Notes: a model not told the origin generated them from the sequence alone. Shown: positions 1 to 10,692, counted from the first letter of the stretch. The stretch: DNA of 32,000 nt from Vibrio alginolyticus NBRC 15630 = ATCC 17749 (GCF_000354175.2 NC_022349.1:2400001-2432000); one strand, 5' to 3'. A program made the numbers and translations.

Positions 1-13
1 AAGGAGCACCCAG

Positions 14-1498
14 ATGGCTAATTATTTCAATACCCTAAACTTGCGCGAGCAGTTGGACCAATTAGGTCGTTGTCGTTTTATGGACCGCAGTGAGTTCGCT
101 TCAGAAGCGGATTATCTGAAAGGTAAGAAAGTAGTCATTGTAGGTTGTGGTGCTCAAGGTCTTAACCAAGGTCTGAACATGCGCGACTCTGGTCTAGACG
201 TTGCTTATGCGCTTCGCCAAGCCGCGATTGATGAGCAACGCCAGTCATTCAAAAACGCAAAAGACAACGGTTTTGAGGTAGGTAGCTACGAAACGCTAAT
301 TCCACAAGCTGATCTAGTAGTAAACCTTACTCCAGATAAGCAGCACACAAACGTTGTTGAGACGGTAATGCCGTTAATGAAAGAAGGCGCAGCACTAGGT
401 TACTCTCACGGTTTCAACGTTGTTGAAGAAGGCATGCAAATCCGTAAAGACCTAACGGTAGTAATGGTTGCACCTAAATGTCCAGGTACGGAAGTTCGTG
501 AAGAATACAAGCGCGGTTTCGGTGTACCGACTCTTATCGCTGTTCACCCAGAGAACGACCCAAAAGGTGAAGGTTGGGATATCGCGAAAGCTTGGGCTGC
601 AGCAACCGGTGGTCACCGTGCAGGCTGTCTAGAGTCTTCTTTTGTTGCTGAGGTGAAATCTGACCTAATGGGTGAGCAAACTATCCTTTGTGGCATGCTA
701 CAGGCTGGCTCTATCGTATGTTACGAGAAGATGATTGCTGATGGTATCGATCCTGGCTACGCTGGTAAGCTTCTTCAATACGGTTGGGAAACCATCACTG
801 AAGCACTGAAGTTTGGTGGTATCACTCACATGATGGATCGCCTAACTAACCCTGCAAAAGTGAAAGCATTTGAGCTTTCTGAAGAGCTAAAAGAACTGAT
901 GCGTCCGCTATACAACAAGCACATGGATGACATTATCACCGGTCACTTCTCTAGCACTATGATGGCTGACTGGGCAAACGACGATGCAAATCTACTAGGC
1001 TGGCGTGCAGAAACAGGTGAAACTGCTTTCGAAAACTACCCAGAAACTGACGTAGAAATCTCTGAGCAAGAGTACTTCGATAACGGTATCTTGATGGTTG
1101 CTATGGTTCGTGCGGGTGTTGAGCTAGCATTCGAAGCGATGACGGCATCTGGCATCATCGATGAGTCTGCTTACTACGAGTCTCTACACGAGCTGCCACT
1201 TATCGCAAACACTATCGCACGTAAGCGTTTATACGAGATGAACGTGGTTATCTCAGACACTGCGGAATACGGTAACTACCTGTTCGCTAACGTAGCAACG
1301 CCGCTTCTACGTGAGAAGTTTATGCCAGCCGTAAATACTGACGTAATTGGTAAAGGTTTAGGTGAAACGTCTAACCAAGTGGATAACGCGACTCTTATCG
1401 CTGTGAATGAAACAATCCGTAACCACCCTGTAGAGTACATCGGTGAAGAGCTACGTGGTTACATGACTGATATGAAGCGTATCGCGGTGGGCGGCTAA
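14..1498 (+). CDS. ilvC: Ketol-acid reductoisomerase (class II KARI)
   Basis: 494-aa ORF with SD AAGGAG at 1-6. It carries the Rossmann motif [16 protein letters not shown], and the N-terminus [14 protein letters not shown] is colinear by eye with enterobacterial IlvC. Confidence 0.97.
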   Translation: MANYFNTLNLREQLDQLGRCRFMDRSEFASEADYLKGKKVVIVGCGAQGLNQGLNMRDSGLDVAYALRQAAIDEQRQSFKNAKDNGFEVGSYETLIPQADLVVNLTPDKQHTNVVETVMPLMKEGAALGYSHGFNVVEEGMQIRKDLTVVMVAPKCPGTEVREEYKRGFGVPTLIAVHPENDPKGEGWDIAKAWAAATGGHRAGCLESSFVAEVKSDLMGEQTILCGMLQAGSIVCYEKMIADGIDPGYAGKLLQYGWETITEALKFGGITHMMDRLTNPAKVKAFELSEELKELMRPLYNKHMDDIITGHFSSTMMADWANDDANLLGWRAETGETAFENYPETDVEISEQEYFDNGILMVAMVRAGVELAFEAMTASGIIDESAYYESLHELPLIANTIARKRLYEMNVVISDTAEYGNYLFANVATPLLREKFMPAVNTDVIGKGLGETSNQVDNATLIAVNETIRNHPVEYIGEELRGYMTDMKRIAVGG

Positions 1499-1666
1499 AT
1501 GACTCCATTTCGGTGTCGAAGGTGCTCGTTTACTATCGTAAAGTCCGCGCCTTCTCCTAGAAATGAAACCTTAATACAGCGTAATTTACTTAGTCTCAAG
1601 TAACGCAGTAGATAAACTCCAGGCAGACTGGAGTGATAAATACAAAATAAAACACAACATCTAATC

Positions 1667-1700
1667 AAAAGGCTTGGTCGCCGTTGACCAAGCCTTTTTG
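1667..1700 (+). terminator. Rho-independent terminator after ilvC
   Basis: Stem GGCTTGGTC / GACCAAGCC with a 6-nt loop, followed by TTTTTGTTTTT. Confidence 0.8.
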
Positions 1701-1730
1701 TTTTTAGCCGATTTATCTGCGCGCCGATAA

Positions 1731-1756
1731 GAAAAACGCTCCTTTGTGAGGAGCGC
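1731..1756 (-). terminator. Rho-independent terminator after ubiK
   Basis: On the minus strand the stem is CGCTCCT-CACAA-AGGAGCG followed by TTTTT, starting 9 nt after the ubiK stop. Confidence 0.7.
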
Positions 1757-1764
1757 TTTGATAC

Positions 1765-2016
1765 TTATTTTTCAGCAAGCTTTTCTTCAAGTTGCGCCAA
1801 CTTCTGTTCCATTTCTGTTAGCTTTTGACGTGTACGTAGTAAAACTTGAGTTTGAACATCAAACTCTTCGCGACTTACAACATCTAGCTTGTTTAGCTGG
1901 CCTTGGATTACTTGACGAACTTTCTGATCGACATCAGAGCCCAATTCTTTTACTGGTTGAGGCATTGAGTCGTGAATCTGTTTAGCAATTTGCTCTAATT
2001 TCTTTGGGTCAAACAT
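1765..2016 (-). CDS. ubiK: Ubiquinone biosynthesis accessory factor UbiK (YqiC/BMFP family coiled-coil protein)
   Basis: 83-aa ORF. The stretch [19 protein letters not shown]...[23 protein letters not shown] is near-identical in pattern to E. coli YqiC/UbiK as recalled. Confidence 0.85.
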   Translation of the reverse strand: MFDPKKLEQIAKQIHDSMPQPVKELGSDVDQKVRQVIQGQLNKLDVVSREEFDVQTQVLLRTRQKLTEMEQKLAQLEEKLAEK

Positions 2017-2105
2017 AGTGGCTAAAACTCCTTTTGATTTGTCCTCATTTTAAGTAAATGATACGTGAAAGTCGCCACTTAGATGGCAAAAAAGAGAGCG
2101 GCAAT

Positions 2106-2132
2106 AAAAAAGGCCACCGAAGTGACCTTTTT
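2106..2132 (-). terminator. Rho-independent terminator after the RND operon (A-run/T-run on both sides, possibly bidirectional)
   Basis: On the minus strand the hairpin is AGGTCAC-TTCG-GTGGCCT (one mismatch) followed by TTTTTT, 15 nt after the RND stop. Confidence 0.65.
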
Positions 2133-2147
2133 GAATGCCTTAATAGC

Positions 2148-5100
2148 TTATCTGTTATCCGCTAATTCACGATGAGCTGCTTTCGCTTCGTCAACTCGCG
2201 CTAACTTCTCCAAGTCTTTGTCTTCAACAAATACTGGCAGAGGTTTGTGTTTTTCAGCTAGGTAGCTGTAAATCACAGGTAGTACGAATAGTGTGAACAG
2301 TGTACCGATTGCAAGGCCAGCAACGATGACGATACCGATACTGAAACGTTGCGCGGCACCTGCACCTGTTGCGTACATCAGCGGGATCAGACCTGCGATC
2401 ATCGCTGCAGTGGTCATTAGGATAGGGCGAAGACGCACTTTCGCAGCTTCCATCACCGCATCAATACGAGACAGTTTATTATGTAACTGCTCTTCTTTGG
2501 CGACTTCACAGATCAAGATACCGTGCTTGGTTATTAGGCCGACCAGCGTTATCAAACCAACCTGCGAGTAGATGTTCATCGAGGCCGTACCCCAGGCCAA
2601 TGCGATCAAGGCACCACATATTGCCAGAGGTACAGATACCATGATGACAATAGGATCGCGGAGTGATTCAAATTGAATCGCCAGAACGAGGAAGATGATC
2701 GCAAGTGCAAGACCGAAGGTTGCATACAAGGCACTACCTTCCGTTACAAACTGACGAGATTCGCCCATGTAATCGTGGTTATATCCTGCAGGCAGTTTGG
2801 TTTGTGCAATATTTTCAAACCAGTCGATTGCGTCACCCATAGCAACACTAGGTGATGGTACTGCACCCACAGTCGCTGAGTTTAGCTGGTTGAAGTGTGG
2901 CAAAGAGCGAGGCTCAGCCACCACATCGATAGTAATCAGACTGCCTAATGGAACCGCTTTACCATCCACAGAGCGTACATAGTAGTTCTTCATCGATTCT
3001 GGGTTTAGACGCCATTTACGCTCAACTTGAGGGATCACCTCGTACGAGCGGCCATTCAGGTCGATTCGGTTTACATAACCATCTGCCATCATGGTGCTGA
3101 GGGTGATGCCAATGTCTTGCATAGTCACACCGTAGGCACCGGCTTTGTCTTTATCGATCTTGATCTTCATCGTTGCTGAATCGTAGTTCAAATCCAGGTC
3201 GGAATAGACAAACATTGGGCTACTTGCAACATCGGTTAGAATATCGCTAGCGATAGTAAACAAGCTCTCGAAGCTATTTGGTGTTGTAATTACAAACTGA
3301 ATAGGTAGACCTGAGCCTGCACCTGGAAGCTCTGGCATTTGGAATGCAGTGACAGACATACCAGGCACACTTGATACTAGGCCACCCACACGTTTCGTGA
3401 TTTCAGATTGGCTTGCCTCTCGTTCACTCCAAGGCTTCAATGTTGCTAGGCCAAACGCTTGGTTTGAGTTTGGTACACCATTAAAGACCTGTGCGTATTC
3501 CACCTCCGGTTGATCTGAGAGTATTTGGTTTACGTCATCCATGGTATTTTGGATATAGTCCAAGTTCGCATTTGATGGGGCGGTACCCATCAGCATGACC
3601 ACACCTTTATCTTCAGATGGTGCTAGTTCGCTAGGAATAAACTTGAACAAGACCGGTAAGCTTGCAAATACAATGATTGCAAACGCAATAACAACCGGAC
3701 GATGAGCCATTACCGCTTTCAACATGCCTTCGTAACGAGTGGTCATGCCATCAAGGATATGGTGAACTTTTTGCTCAAACTTGCTTGGCTTCTCGTTCGC
3801 TTTCAGCATCTTCGAACACATCATTGGTGATAGTGTCAAAGCGATGATGCCGGATACGAATACTGAACCTGCCAGTGTCAAAGCGAACTCTTTGAACAGT
3901 GAACCGGTGATACCACCCATCAATGCGATCGGCGCGTACACTGCACCTAGCGTCAATGTCATCGCGATAACTGGAACCGCAATTTCACGCGTACCAATGA
4001 TTGCAGCTCGGAATGGCGATTCCCCTTCTTTGATGTGACGGTCAACGTTTTCTAGTACAACGATCGCGTCATCCACCACCAGACCGATGGCAAGCACCAT
4101 CGCCAGTAGCGTCATCAAGTTCCAAGAGAAACCCATTGCTTGCATCACCATTGCCACACCAATCAATGAAAGTGGAATGGTCACGATAGGAATGATTACC
4201 GCGCGGAATGAACCTAGGAACAGTGTGATAACCACAAGTACGATGACCGCTGCTTCAAGAATCGTTTTCACTACTTCGTGAATCGATTCGTTGATGGCGA
4301 TAGTTGAGTCGTACATCACGTTCATTTTGATGTTGCTTGGTAGGTTGCGCTCAAGTTGAGGCAACAGATCAAGTACGTCTGCCGCGATGTTGATCGGGTT
4401 AGCACTTGGCGCTGCGTTGATCGCCGCAACCACGGCTTCTTGACCGTTTGCACTTGCGCGATAAACGTCGTGACTTTTCTCTAGCGTTACTTTAGCGATA
4501 TCACCTAGGCGGATGACATCCCCTTCACCAGTTTTCACGACCAATGCTTCAAGTTCAGCAACGTTTGATACCTGAGTATCTGCGCTACCGTTATAAAGCA
4601 CGAACTCACCCGTCGCTTGACCGGTTGCAGATTGGTAGTTGTTGGCGTTAAGAACGCTCATCACATCGGTTGCGGTCAACTTCAAAGCGCCCATTTTGGC
4701 AGGATCTAGCCATACGCGCAGTGCGTACTTCATACCACCATACAGGTCAACTTTGGACACACCGTTTACGGTGAACAACTGCGGGTTGATTACACGCTCA
4801 AGGTAGTCAGTGATCTGGCTTGAAGATAACTCGTCACTCGTAAAGCCGATGTACAGTACCGCCGTTGTCGAACCTGTCGACATGGTTACGGTTGGGTCTT
4901 CGGCTTCTTTTGGTAGCTGTGAACGTACCGAGTTGGTTTTCGCCAGAATGTCAGACAACGCCGCATTTGGATCAGTATTCAACTTCATGTTTACAGTAAT
5001 GGTCGATTTACCCAGTACCGATTGCGAAGTCATGTAATCAATATTATCGGCTTGCGCTACCGCTTGCTCCAATGGCTGAGTAATAAAGCCTTGGATCAAG

Positions 5101-5270
5101 TTGGCACTTGCACCGTAGTAACTGGTGGTCACGGTGACCACCGTATTCGTCATTTCAGGGTATTCACGAACCTGCATTTTGAACACCGCTTGCAAACCAA
5201 GCAATGCAATCAAAAAGCTGATCGATACCGCTAAAACTGGACGTTTTATAAAAACATCTGTAAAGCGCAT
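2148..5270 (-). CDS. RND (HAE1 family, AcrB/MdtB-like) multidrug efflux permease
   Basis: 1040-aa ORF with 12-TM RND architecture. It has the typical N-terminus MRFTDVFIKRPVLA, the motifs LAIGLVVDDAIVVLENV and GLITKHGIL, and SD GGAGG upstream. Confidence 0.95.
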   Translation of the reverse strand: MRFTDVFIKRPVLAVSISFLIALLGLQAVFKMQVREYPEMTNTVVTVTTSYYGASANLIQGFITQPLEQAVAQADNIDYMTSQSVLGKSTITVNMKLNTDPNAALSDILAKTNSVRSQLPKEAEDPTVTMSTGSTTAVLYIGFTSDELSSSQITDYLERVINPQLFTVNGVSKVDLYGGMKYALRVWLDPAKMGALKLTATDVMSVLNANNYQSATGQATGEFVLYNGSADTQVSNVAELEALVVKTGEGDVIRLGDIAKVTLEKSHDVYRASANGQEAVVAAINAAPSANPINIAADVLDLLPQLERNLPSNIKMNVMYDSTIAINESIHEVVKTILEAAVIVLVVITLFLGSFRAVIIPIVTIPLSLIGVAMVMQAMGFSWNLMTLLAMVLAIGLVVDDAIVVLENVDRHIKEGESPFRAAIIGTREIAVPVIAMTLTLGAVYAPIALMGGITGSLFKEFALTLAGSVFVSGIIALTLSPMMCSKMLKANEKPSKFEQKVHHILDGMTTRYEGMLKAVMAHRPVVIAFAIIVFASLPVLFKFIPSELAPSEDKGVVMLMGTAPSNANLDYIQNTMDDVNQILSDQPEVEYAQVFNGVPNSNQAFGLATLKPWSEREASQSEITKRVGGLVSSVPGMSVTAFQMPELPGAGSGLPIQFVITTPNSFESLFTIASDILTDVASSPMFVYSDLDLNYDSATMKIKIDKDKAGAYGVTMQDIGITLSTMMADGYVNRIDLNGRSYEVIPQVERKWRLNPESMKNYYVRSVDGKAVPLGSLITIDVVAEPRSLPHFNQLNSATVGAVPSPSVAMGDAIDWFENIAQTKLPAGYNHDYMGESRQFVTEGSALYATFGLALAIIFLVLAIQFESLRDPIVIMVSVPLAICGALIALAWGTASMNIYSQVGLITLVGLITKHGILICEVAKEEQLHNKLSRIDAVMEAAKVRLRPILMTTAAMIAGLIPLMYATGAGAAQRFSIGIVIVAGLAIGTLFTLFVLPVIYSYLAEKHKPLPVFVEDKDLEKLARVDEAKAAHRELADNR

Positions 5271-5282
5271 GATGCCTCCAAC

Positions 5283-6386
5283 TTAAAGCATTGGTGTTTC
5301 AGCAGGTGGGGTAGTTGCATCGCTTTCGACAATGCTTACTTTCGCATGGTTACTCAAACGGACTTGACCCGACGTCACCACTACATCACCTGGCTTCACG
5401 CCTTCTAGAATGTGTGCGATATCTTTAGAGCGTTCGCCAACTTTTACCACATGCTGCTTAACGCGTTTTTCGCCATCTTCTTCTGTTACGATGTAAACAT
5501 TGTCGCCATACAGCGTAAATGTGATCGCGGTTTGAGGTAGAGTGACCTGATTTTCTAATTTAGGCAGAATGATGTTTGCACGCGCGAACATACCACTACG
5601 TAGTTTGCCGTCACTGTTAGGGATATCCGCTTGAACTTGAATCAAACCACTTTGTACGTTTACAGCTGGTTCAATCGCAGAAATAGACCCTTTGAAAGGT
5701 TGGTCTGGATAAGCGTCAACAAAGATATCCACTTCTTGATCGATATTGATACGTGAAATATCGGTTTGTGGCACGGTGAAGCGCAAGCGCATCACGCTGG
5801 TATCTTCAAGGCGAACAATATCGGTGCCCGCCTGTAGGTACTGACCGAGGTACACGTTACGAATACCTACCACACCATCAAATGGCGCTTTGATTTCGCG
5901 TCGGTCGATGGTTGCTTTCAGGCTTTCAATATCCGCTTTTAAGGAGAAGTAGTTTGCTTCTGCTTCGTCATACGCTTCTTTAGAAATAGAGCCTTTTTTG
6001 AATAGCCCTTGGTAGCGTTTGTATTTCGCTTCTGCCGCTGGCAACTTAGCTTGCGAGCTCTTCAAATTTGCTTTTTCGACTTCAGAATCAAGCAACACTA
6101 ATGGCTGACCCGATTTAACTTGAGTACCGGAATCAAATGCGATTTTATCGATAACACCGCTCGTTTCGTTCGCTACCGTCACGCCTTGATTTGGCTCGAT
6201 AAAACCAATTGCCTCGATGACTGGTACCCAATCCACCGCTTGCACTTCAGTTACGGTTACTGGGAATGCTGGTTCAGGGCGATTGGCAAACTGCTCCATT
6301 TTGTCTTTGATATCAATTAGTCTGTATGTAACAACGCTACCAAAAAGTAATAAAACAATTGATAGCATCAAAATCCACTTTTTCAT
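5283..6386 (-). CDS. RND efflux periplasmic adaptor (membrane fusion protein)
   Basis: 367-aa ORF with an N-terminal anchor MKKWILMLSIVLLLFG, a coiled-coil hairpin region and a beta-barrel C-terminus. It lies 12 bp upstream of the RND gene. Confidence 0.92.
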   Translation of the reverse strand: MKKWILMLSIVLLLFGSVVTYRLIDIKDKMEQFANRPEPAFPVTVTEVQAVDWVPVIEAIGFIEPNQGVTVANETSGVIDKIAFDSGTQVKSGQPLVLLDSEVEKANLKSSQAKLPAAEAKYKRYQGLFKKGSISKEAYDEAEANYFSLKADIESLKATIDRREIKAPFDGVVGIRNVYLGQYLQAGTDIVRLEDTSVMRLRFTVPQTDISRINIDQEVDIFVDAYPDQPFKGSISAIEPAVNVQSGLIQVQADIPNSDGKLRSGMFARANIILPKLENQVTLPQTAITFTLYGDNVYIVTEEDGEKRVKQHVVKVGERSKDIAHILEGVKPGDVVVTSGQVRLSNHAKVSIVESDATTPPAETPML

Positions 6387-6404
6387 TCTATTAAGAACTC
6401 CAAG

Positions 6405-6986
6405 TTAGTGTTTAATAATTGCATCCCAACTGGCTTCAATAGCGGCCTCTAATGCCGTCTTATCCAGTTGATAAAATCCCAAAGCGTGTTTCCGAGCAAG
6501 TGCAACACTTGCCTCAAAACTTAATCCAGAAAGTACTTCGTTATCGAGAAGCTTGAATACTCCCTCGTCTTTACCCTGATTAAAAAGAAGATCTACTTGG
6601 GCAAACATTTGTCTCTCAAGTTCCCGAGCTTTGCTACTATTTGAACAGGGTAAAGACTCATATTGGACTCGGTTGCTGATCGCACTTAAGTTCGAGCTCG
6701 CTAAATTCCAAATATTGAGCCACATGGTTCGATAACGCTGTTTTAAAGGCATCTCTTCACTAACACCTAGTTGCACCGCAGTAGCAACACGCTTAGCAAC
6801 GTTAAGGCGTAGTTCCTCTAAAAGATGTTCTTTATCTGAGAAATAACGGTAAATCGTCCCTGCTGCGACACCTGCCTCATTGGCGAGCTTTTGCATGGAA
6901 AGCCCTTGAAAACCAGATTCAGCAATGAGTTGTTCAGCAGCGACTAAGATTTGTTCTCGTTTATCTACAGCAGGGTTATCCTTCAT
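6405..6986 (-). CDS. TetR/AcrR family transcriptional repressor, first gene of the efflux operon
   Basis: HTH motif SMQKLANEAGVAAGTIYRYFSDKEHL. I prefer the ATG at 6986 (MKDNPAV..., AAGGG SD-like sequence upstream) over the track start 7016, because the 7002-7019 palindrome would otherwise lie inside the coding sequence. Confidence 0.9.
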   Translation of the reverse strand: MKDNPAVDKREQILVAAEQLIAESGFQGLSMQKLANEAGVAAGTIYRYFSDKEHLLEELRLNVAKRVATAVQLGVSEEMPLKQRYRTMWLNIWNLASSNLSAISNRVQYESLPCSNSSKARELERQMFAQVDLLFNQGKDEGVFKLLDNEVLSGLSFEASVALARKHALGFYQLDKTALEAAIEASWDAIIKH

Positions 6987-7001
6987 AATGTCACCCTTTA
7001 G

Positions 7002-7019
7002 TGAATGAACGTTCATTCA
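7002..7019. promoter_or_regulatory. Candidate TetR operator (perfect 18-bp palindrome)
   Basis: TGAATGAAC|GTTCATTCA is a perfect inverted repeat 16 bp upstream of the preferred tetR start. Confidence 0.6.
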
Positions 7020-7156
7020 TTATAGCTTAAATACCCGCCATTTATGCAACAGAATATTGCACTTAATTGGTGTGAAAATTACAAGAAATCAGCATAGCTT
7101 TCACGAGGCCACCCCTTTATCATAGGCGCCACATTCATCACCCGCAGAGAATTTCT

Positions 7157-9172
7157 ATGAAGCTGAACCCTAGTCAAGATGAAGCCGTGAAATACGTGTC
7201 TGGTCCATGCCTAGTGCTAGCTGGTGCTGGCTCGGGCAAAACTCGTGTTATTACCAATAAAATCGCTTATCTGGTTCAGCAATGTGGTTACAAAGCGCGT
7301 AACATTGCGGCGGTGACGTTTACCAACAAAGCGGCACGTGAAATGAAGGAGCGTGTAGGTCAAACGTTAGGGAAAGGTGAGTCTAAAGGTTTGATGGTAT
7401 CAACATTCCACACTTTAGGATTGAACATCATCAAGCGTGAGTACAAGCATTTAGGGTTGAAAGCGGGCTTCTCACTGTTTGATGACCAAGACCAGCTAGC
7501 GCTGCTCAAAGAGCTTACTGAAAAGCAGCTTGATGGTGATAAAGATCTGCTACGTCAGCTTCTGAGTTGTATTTCCAACTGGAAAAACGACATGTTGACG
7601 CCAGAGCAAGCCAAAGCGCGTGCGCAAGGTGAACAGCAACAATTGTTTGCGTTCTGTTTTGATATGTACCAAAAGCAAATGAAAGCCTATAACGCGCTTG
7701 ATTTTGATGACCTAATTTTGATGCCCGTTTTACTCTTACGTAATCATGAAGACGTTCGTCAGCGTTGGCAGAATCGTATCCGTTACCTACTGGTTGACGA
7801 GTATCAAGATACCAACACGAGTCAGTATGAGCTGGTCAAATTAATTGTCGGAGAACGTGGACGATTGACGGTTGTAGGGGATGACGATCAGTCTATTTAT
7901 TCATGGCGTGGTGCGAAACCTCAGAACCTCGTGTTGCTGGGTGAAGATTATCCGAATTTGCGTTTGATTAAGCTAGAGCAAAACTACCGTTCAACGAGTC
8001 GAATCCTGCGTGCGGCCAACATTTTGATAGCTAACAACCCTCACGTCTATGAGAAGTCCCTGTTCTCTGAAATTCCTGACGGTGAAAAACTCAAAGTGTT
8101 GTTGGCTAAAAATGAAGAGCACGAAGCAGAGCGCGTAACGGGTGAACTAATTGCGCATAAGTTCCTAAACCGTACCGAATATAAAGATTATGCGATTCTA
8201 TATCGTGGTAACCACCAATCACGTTTGATTGAAAAGTCTCTGATGCAAAACCGTGTACCGTATAAAATTTCTGGCGGCACCTCGTTTTTTGCGCGCGCAG
8301 AGATTAAAGACATCATGGCGTATTTGCGCGTTTTGGTTAATCCGGATGACGACAATGCATTTTTGCGCATTGTGAACACTCCGCGACGTGAAATTGGCCC
8401 AGTAACGTTAGAGAAATTAGGCAGTTATGCCAATATGCGAGGCAAGAGCTTGTTTGAGTCGAGCTTTGAAATGGGGCTCGAACAGCACCTAACGGGACGT
8501 GGCCTAGAAAACCTGCGTCGTTTCACCCAATGGCTAGTGGCGATTGCTGATCAAGCTGAGCGTGGTGATACCGTCGAAGCGGTTCGTTCGCTAGTTCGTG
8601 ATATCCATTATGAAGATTGGCTATACGAAACTTCAGCAAGTCCGAAAGCCGCTGAAATGCGAATGAAGAACGTTTCTGATCTTTATTCATGGATAGTGGC
8701 GGACCTAGAGGGTGACAACTACGATCAAGAAGAGAAAACGTTAAAAGAAGTCGTTCAACGTTTGACCTTGCGTGACATGATGGAGCGCGGTGAAGAAGAT
8801 GAAGACAGTGATGCAGTACAACTGATGACCTTGCACGCATCAAAAGGCCTTGAGTTCCCATATGTATACTTAATTGGGTCCGAAGAAGGTATTTTACCGC
8901 ACCAAACCAGTATTGATGAAGATAACGTGGAAGAAGAGCGTCGCCTGATGTACGTTGGTATTACTCGAGCGCAACGTGAACTGACTTTCACTATGTGCAA
9001 AGAGCGTCGGCAGTTCGGCGAGTTGATCAAACCGACTCAAAGCCGCTTTTTGGATGAGTTGCCATTTGATGACGTTGAATGGGAAGTAAACAAAAAGCCA
9101 GTATCAGCAGAAGAGCGTATGGCGAAAGGTCAAGCACACATTGCCAATATTCGAGCAATGTTTAAGAAGTAA
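7157..9172 (+). CDS. rep: ATP-dependent DNA helicase Rep (SF1, UvrD/Rep family)
   Basis: 671-aa ORF with Walker [15 protein letters not shown], the QNYRS motif and VGITRA. The length and N-terminus [11 protein letters not shown] are typical of Rep. Confidence 0.95.
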   Translation: MKLNPSQDEAVKYVSGPCLVLAGAGSGKTRVITNKIAYLVQQCGYKARNIAAVTFTNKAAREMKERVGQTLGKGESKGLMVSTFHTLGLNIIKREYKHLGLKAGFSLFDDQDQLALLKELTEKQLDGDKDLLRQLLSCISNWKNDMLTPEQAKARAQGEQQQLFAFCFDMYQKQMKAYNALDFDDLILMPVLLLRNHEDVRQRWQNRIRYLLVDEYQDTNTSQYELVKLIVGERGRLTVVGDDDQSIYSWRGAKPQNLVLLGEDYPNLRLIKLEQNYRSTSRILRAANILIANNPHVYEKSLFSEIPDGEKLKVLLAKNEEHEAERVTGELIAHKFLNRTEYKDYAILYRGNHQSRLIEKSLMQNRVPYKISGGTSFFARAEIKDIMAYLRVLVNPDDDNAFLRIVNTPRREIGPVTLEKLGSYANMRGKSLFESSFEMGLEQHLTGRGLENLRRFTQWLVAIADQAERGDTVEAVRSLVRDIHYEDWLYETSASPKAAEMRMKNVSDLYSWIVADLEGDNYDQEEKTLKEVVQRLTLRDMMERGEEDEDSDAVQLMTLHASKGLEFPYVYLIGSEEGILPHQTSIDEDNVEEERRLMYVGITRAQRELTFTMCKERRQFGELIKPTQSRFLDELPFDDVEWEVNKKPVSAEERMAKGQAHIANIRAMFKK

Positions 9173-9201
9173 AGTAACCTTGTTCTCACTGACTAAAAAA
9201 C

Positions 9202-9231
9202 AAAAAGGCTTGCCAACTGGCAAGCCTTTTT
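9202..9231. terminator. Bidirectional rho-independent terminator between convergent rep and cytochrome c5 genes
   Basis: AAAAAGGCTTGCC-AACT-GGCAAGCCTTTTT, with an A-run 5' and a T-run 3'. Confidence 0.85.
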
Positions 9232-9246
9232 CGTTGATGTCTTTAC

Positions 9247-9660
9247 TTATAGACCTTCAATCATGTGGTCAATTGCTGCGATGATTTCATCGTCAGAACA
9301 GTCCATACAGGTTCCTTTGGCTGGCATCGCATTGAAGCCTTCTAATGCGTGCTTCACTAACGTATCTTTGCCTTGTGCAATACGTGGTGCCCAATCATCG
9401 GCATTACCTGTTTTAGGTGCGCCGTTTACACCAGATGCGTGACAAGCAATACAAAAAGTACCATAAACTGTGGCGCCATCACGTGGACCGGTTGGTTCTT
9501 CTTTCACTGGCTCAGAACCCGCTAGATAAACATCACCGACAGGTTGGATGCGTTCTGCGATCGCATCGTATTCAGTTTGGCTGATGTCAGAAGCTAAAGC
9601 TGCCGTAGAAAACGTTAAGGCAGCGAACAAAACGCTAATCATTTGTCGAGACATATCCAT
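9247..9660 (-). CDS. Cytochrome c5 family monoheme cytochrome (periplasmic)
   Basis: Signal peptide MSRQMISVLFAALTFSTAALA, heme motif CIACH, and a C-terminal CMDCSDDE cysteine pair typical of c5. The start is ambiguous among GTG 9669, ATG 9660 and ATG 9654. Confidence 0.88.
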   Translation of the reverse strand: MDMSRQMISVLFAALTFSTAALASDISQTEYDAIAERIQPVGDVYLAGSEPVKEEPTGPRDGATVYGTFCIACHASGVNGAPKTGNADDWAPRIAQGKDTLVKHALEGFNAMPAKGTCMDCSDDEIIAAIDHMIEGL

Positions 9661-9822
9661 TAAACCCACTTCACATTCCCGAGGTAAGTGACTTACCTAT
9701 TTATATAGTTAGAGTATTAATGCCGAGCAGAGAAATCATTAAATTCCACTGAATGGCATAGAATGATTAGACAACTTGGTTGCAGCTGTTAAATCAATGT
9801 AAATAATGGGTGATTATATCCC

Positions 9823-9853
9823 GATAACTTGTTGCAATAAACAACAAGTTATC
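9823..9853. repeat. Perfect 12-bp-arm inverted repeat in the cyt c5 / tRNA intergenic region
   Basis: GATAACTTGTTG-caataaa-CAACAAGTTATC. A third degenerate half-site, GACAACTTGGTTGC, lies at 9770-9783. Confidence 0.6.
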
Positions 9854-9944
9854 CATGACAGGGCGTGAATCACATCAAAAATCCACTTTAACGGAAGATA
9901 ACTGTCGAAAAAGAGACCAAACGATAAAAAAGTAAAAAAAGTAC

Positions 9945-9973
9945 TAGACGGCATAGTGTGATATCCGTATTAT
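9945..9973 (+). promoter_or_regulatory. Candidate sigma70 promoter of the tRNA operon
   Basis: -35 TAGACG, a 17-bp spacer and -10 TATTAT. An A-rich UP-like tract lies upstream (9925-9940) and a GC-rich discriminator CCACTCCGCC downstream. tRNA-Arg begins 22 nt later. Confidence 0.55.
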
Positions 9974-9994
9974 TCCACTCCGCCGATAGGGCAT

Positions 9995-10071
<77 letters not shown>

Positions 10072-10103
10072 TTGCCTCGGAGGATACATCGGTAAAAATC
10101 AGT

Positions 10104-10180
10104 GGTGGCTATAGCTCAGTTGGTAGAGCCCCGGATTGTGATTCCGGTTGTCGCGAGTTCAAGTCTCGTTAGCCACCCCA
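10104..10180 (+). tRNA. tRNA-His (anticodon GTG), copy 1
   Basis: 77 nt including the extra 5' G(-1) typical of tRNA-His. The anticodon loop is TTGTGAT and the 3' CCA is present. Confidence 0.92.
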
Positions 10181-10249
10181 TTCTTTCTTTTTTAGATTGA
10201 ATGCGGTAGCATTGCTCCCAATCTTGATTCAATCAAGATAAAACATCGT

Positions 10250-10326
<77 letters not shown>

Positions 10327-10372
10327 CTATTTAGTTTATGGCTATATAGAGCGGTAAACAGAAAAAATTGAT

Positions 10373-10449
10373 GGTGGCTATAGCTCAGTTGGTAGAGCCC
10401 TGGATTGTGATTCCGGTGGTCGCGAGTTCGAATCTCGTTAGCCACCCCA
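10373..10449 (+). tRNA. tRNA-His (anticodon GTG), copy 2
   Basis: 77 nt, near-identical to copy 1 with a few substitutions in the anticodon stem and T arm. Confidence 0.92.
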
Positions 10450-10513
10450 TTAATTAAGGTGATTTCTTAGTTGAAGTGTCCTGTCTGATTTGAGAAAATC
10501 AGCAAATACAGTT

Positions 10514-10590
<77 letters not shown>

Positions 10591-10597
10591 CTATTAG

Positions 10598-10630
10598 AAA
10601 GCCTGCTTTTTAGCAGGCTTTCGTCGTTTT
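10598..10630 (+). terminator. Rho-independent terminator after tRNA-Pro copy 2
   Basis: AAAGCCTGCT-TTTT-AGCAGGCTTT followed by CGTCGTTTT. Confidence 0.7.
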
Positions 10631-10692
10631 AGAGTTTATGATCTCGCTTGGACTGTATTAGTCGGTAATGTATCAATGGATTTGAACCCAAG

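Noticed and set aside
1499..1603. 34-aa ORF (MTPFRCRRCSF...) starting immediately after the ilvC stop (TAAATG)
   Set aside because: It has no SD, no recognisable family and no supporting structure. The CxxC could be chance, and I cannot support it without conservation data.
1746..1985. 79-aa plus-strand ORF opposite ubiK
   Set aside because: It is fully antisense to a recognisable UbiK/YqiC homolog, and its start lies inside the ubiK terminator hairpin.
2293..5234. Seven plus-strand ORFs of 60-92 aa inside the RND permease gene
   Set aside because: They are antisense shadow ORFs of a long, well-supported gene. They have no RBS, and their composition is low-complexity or atypical.
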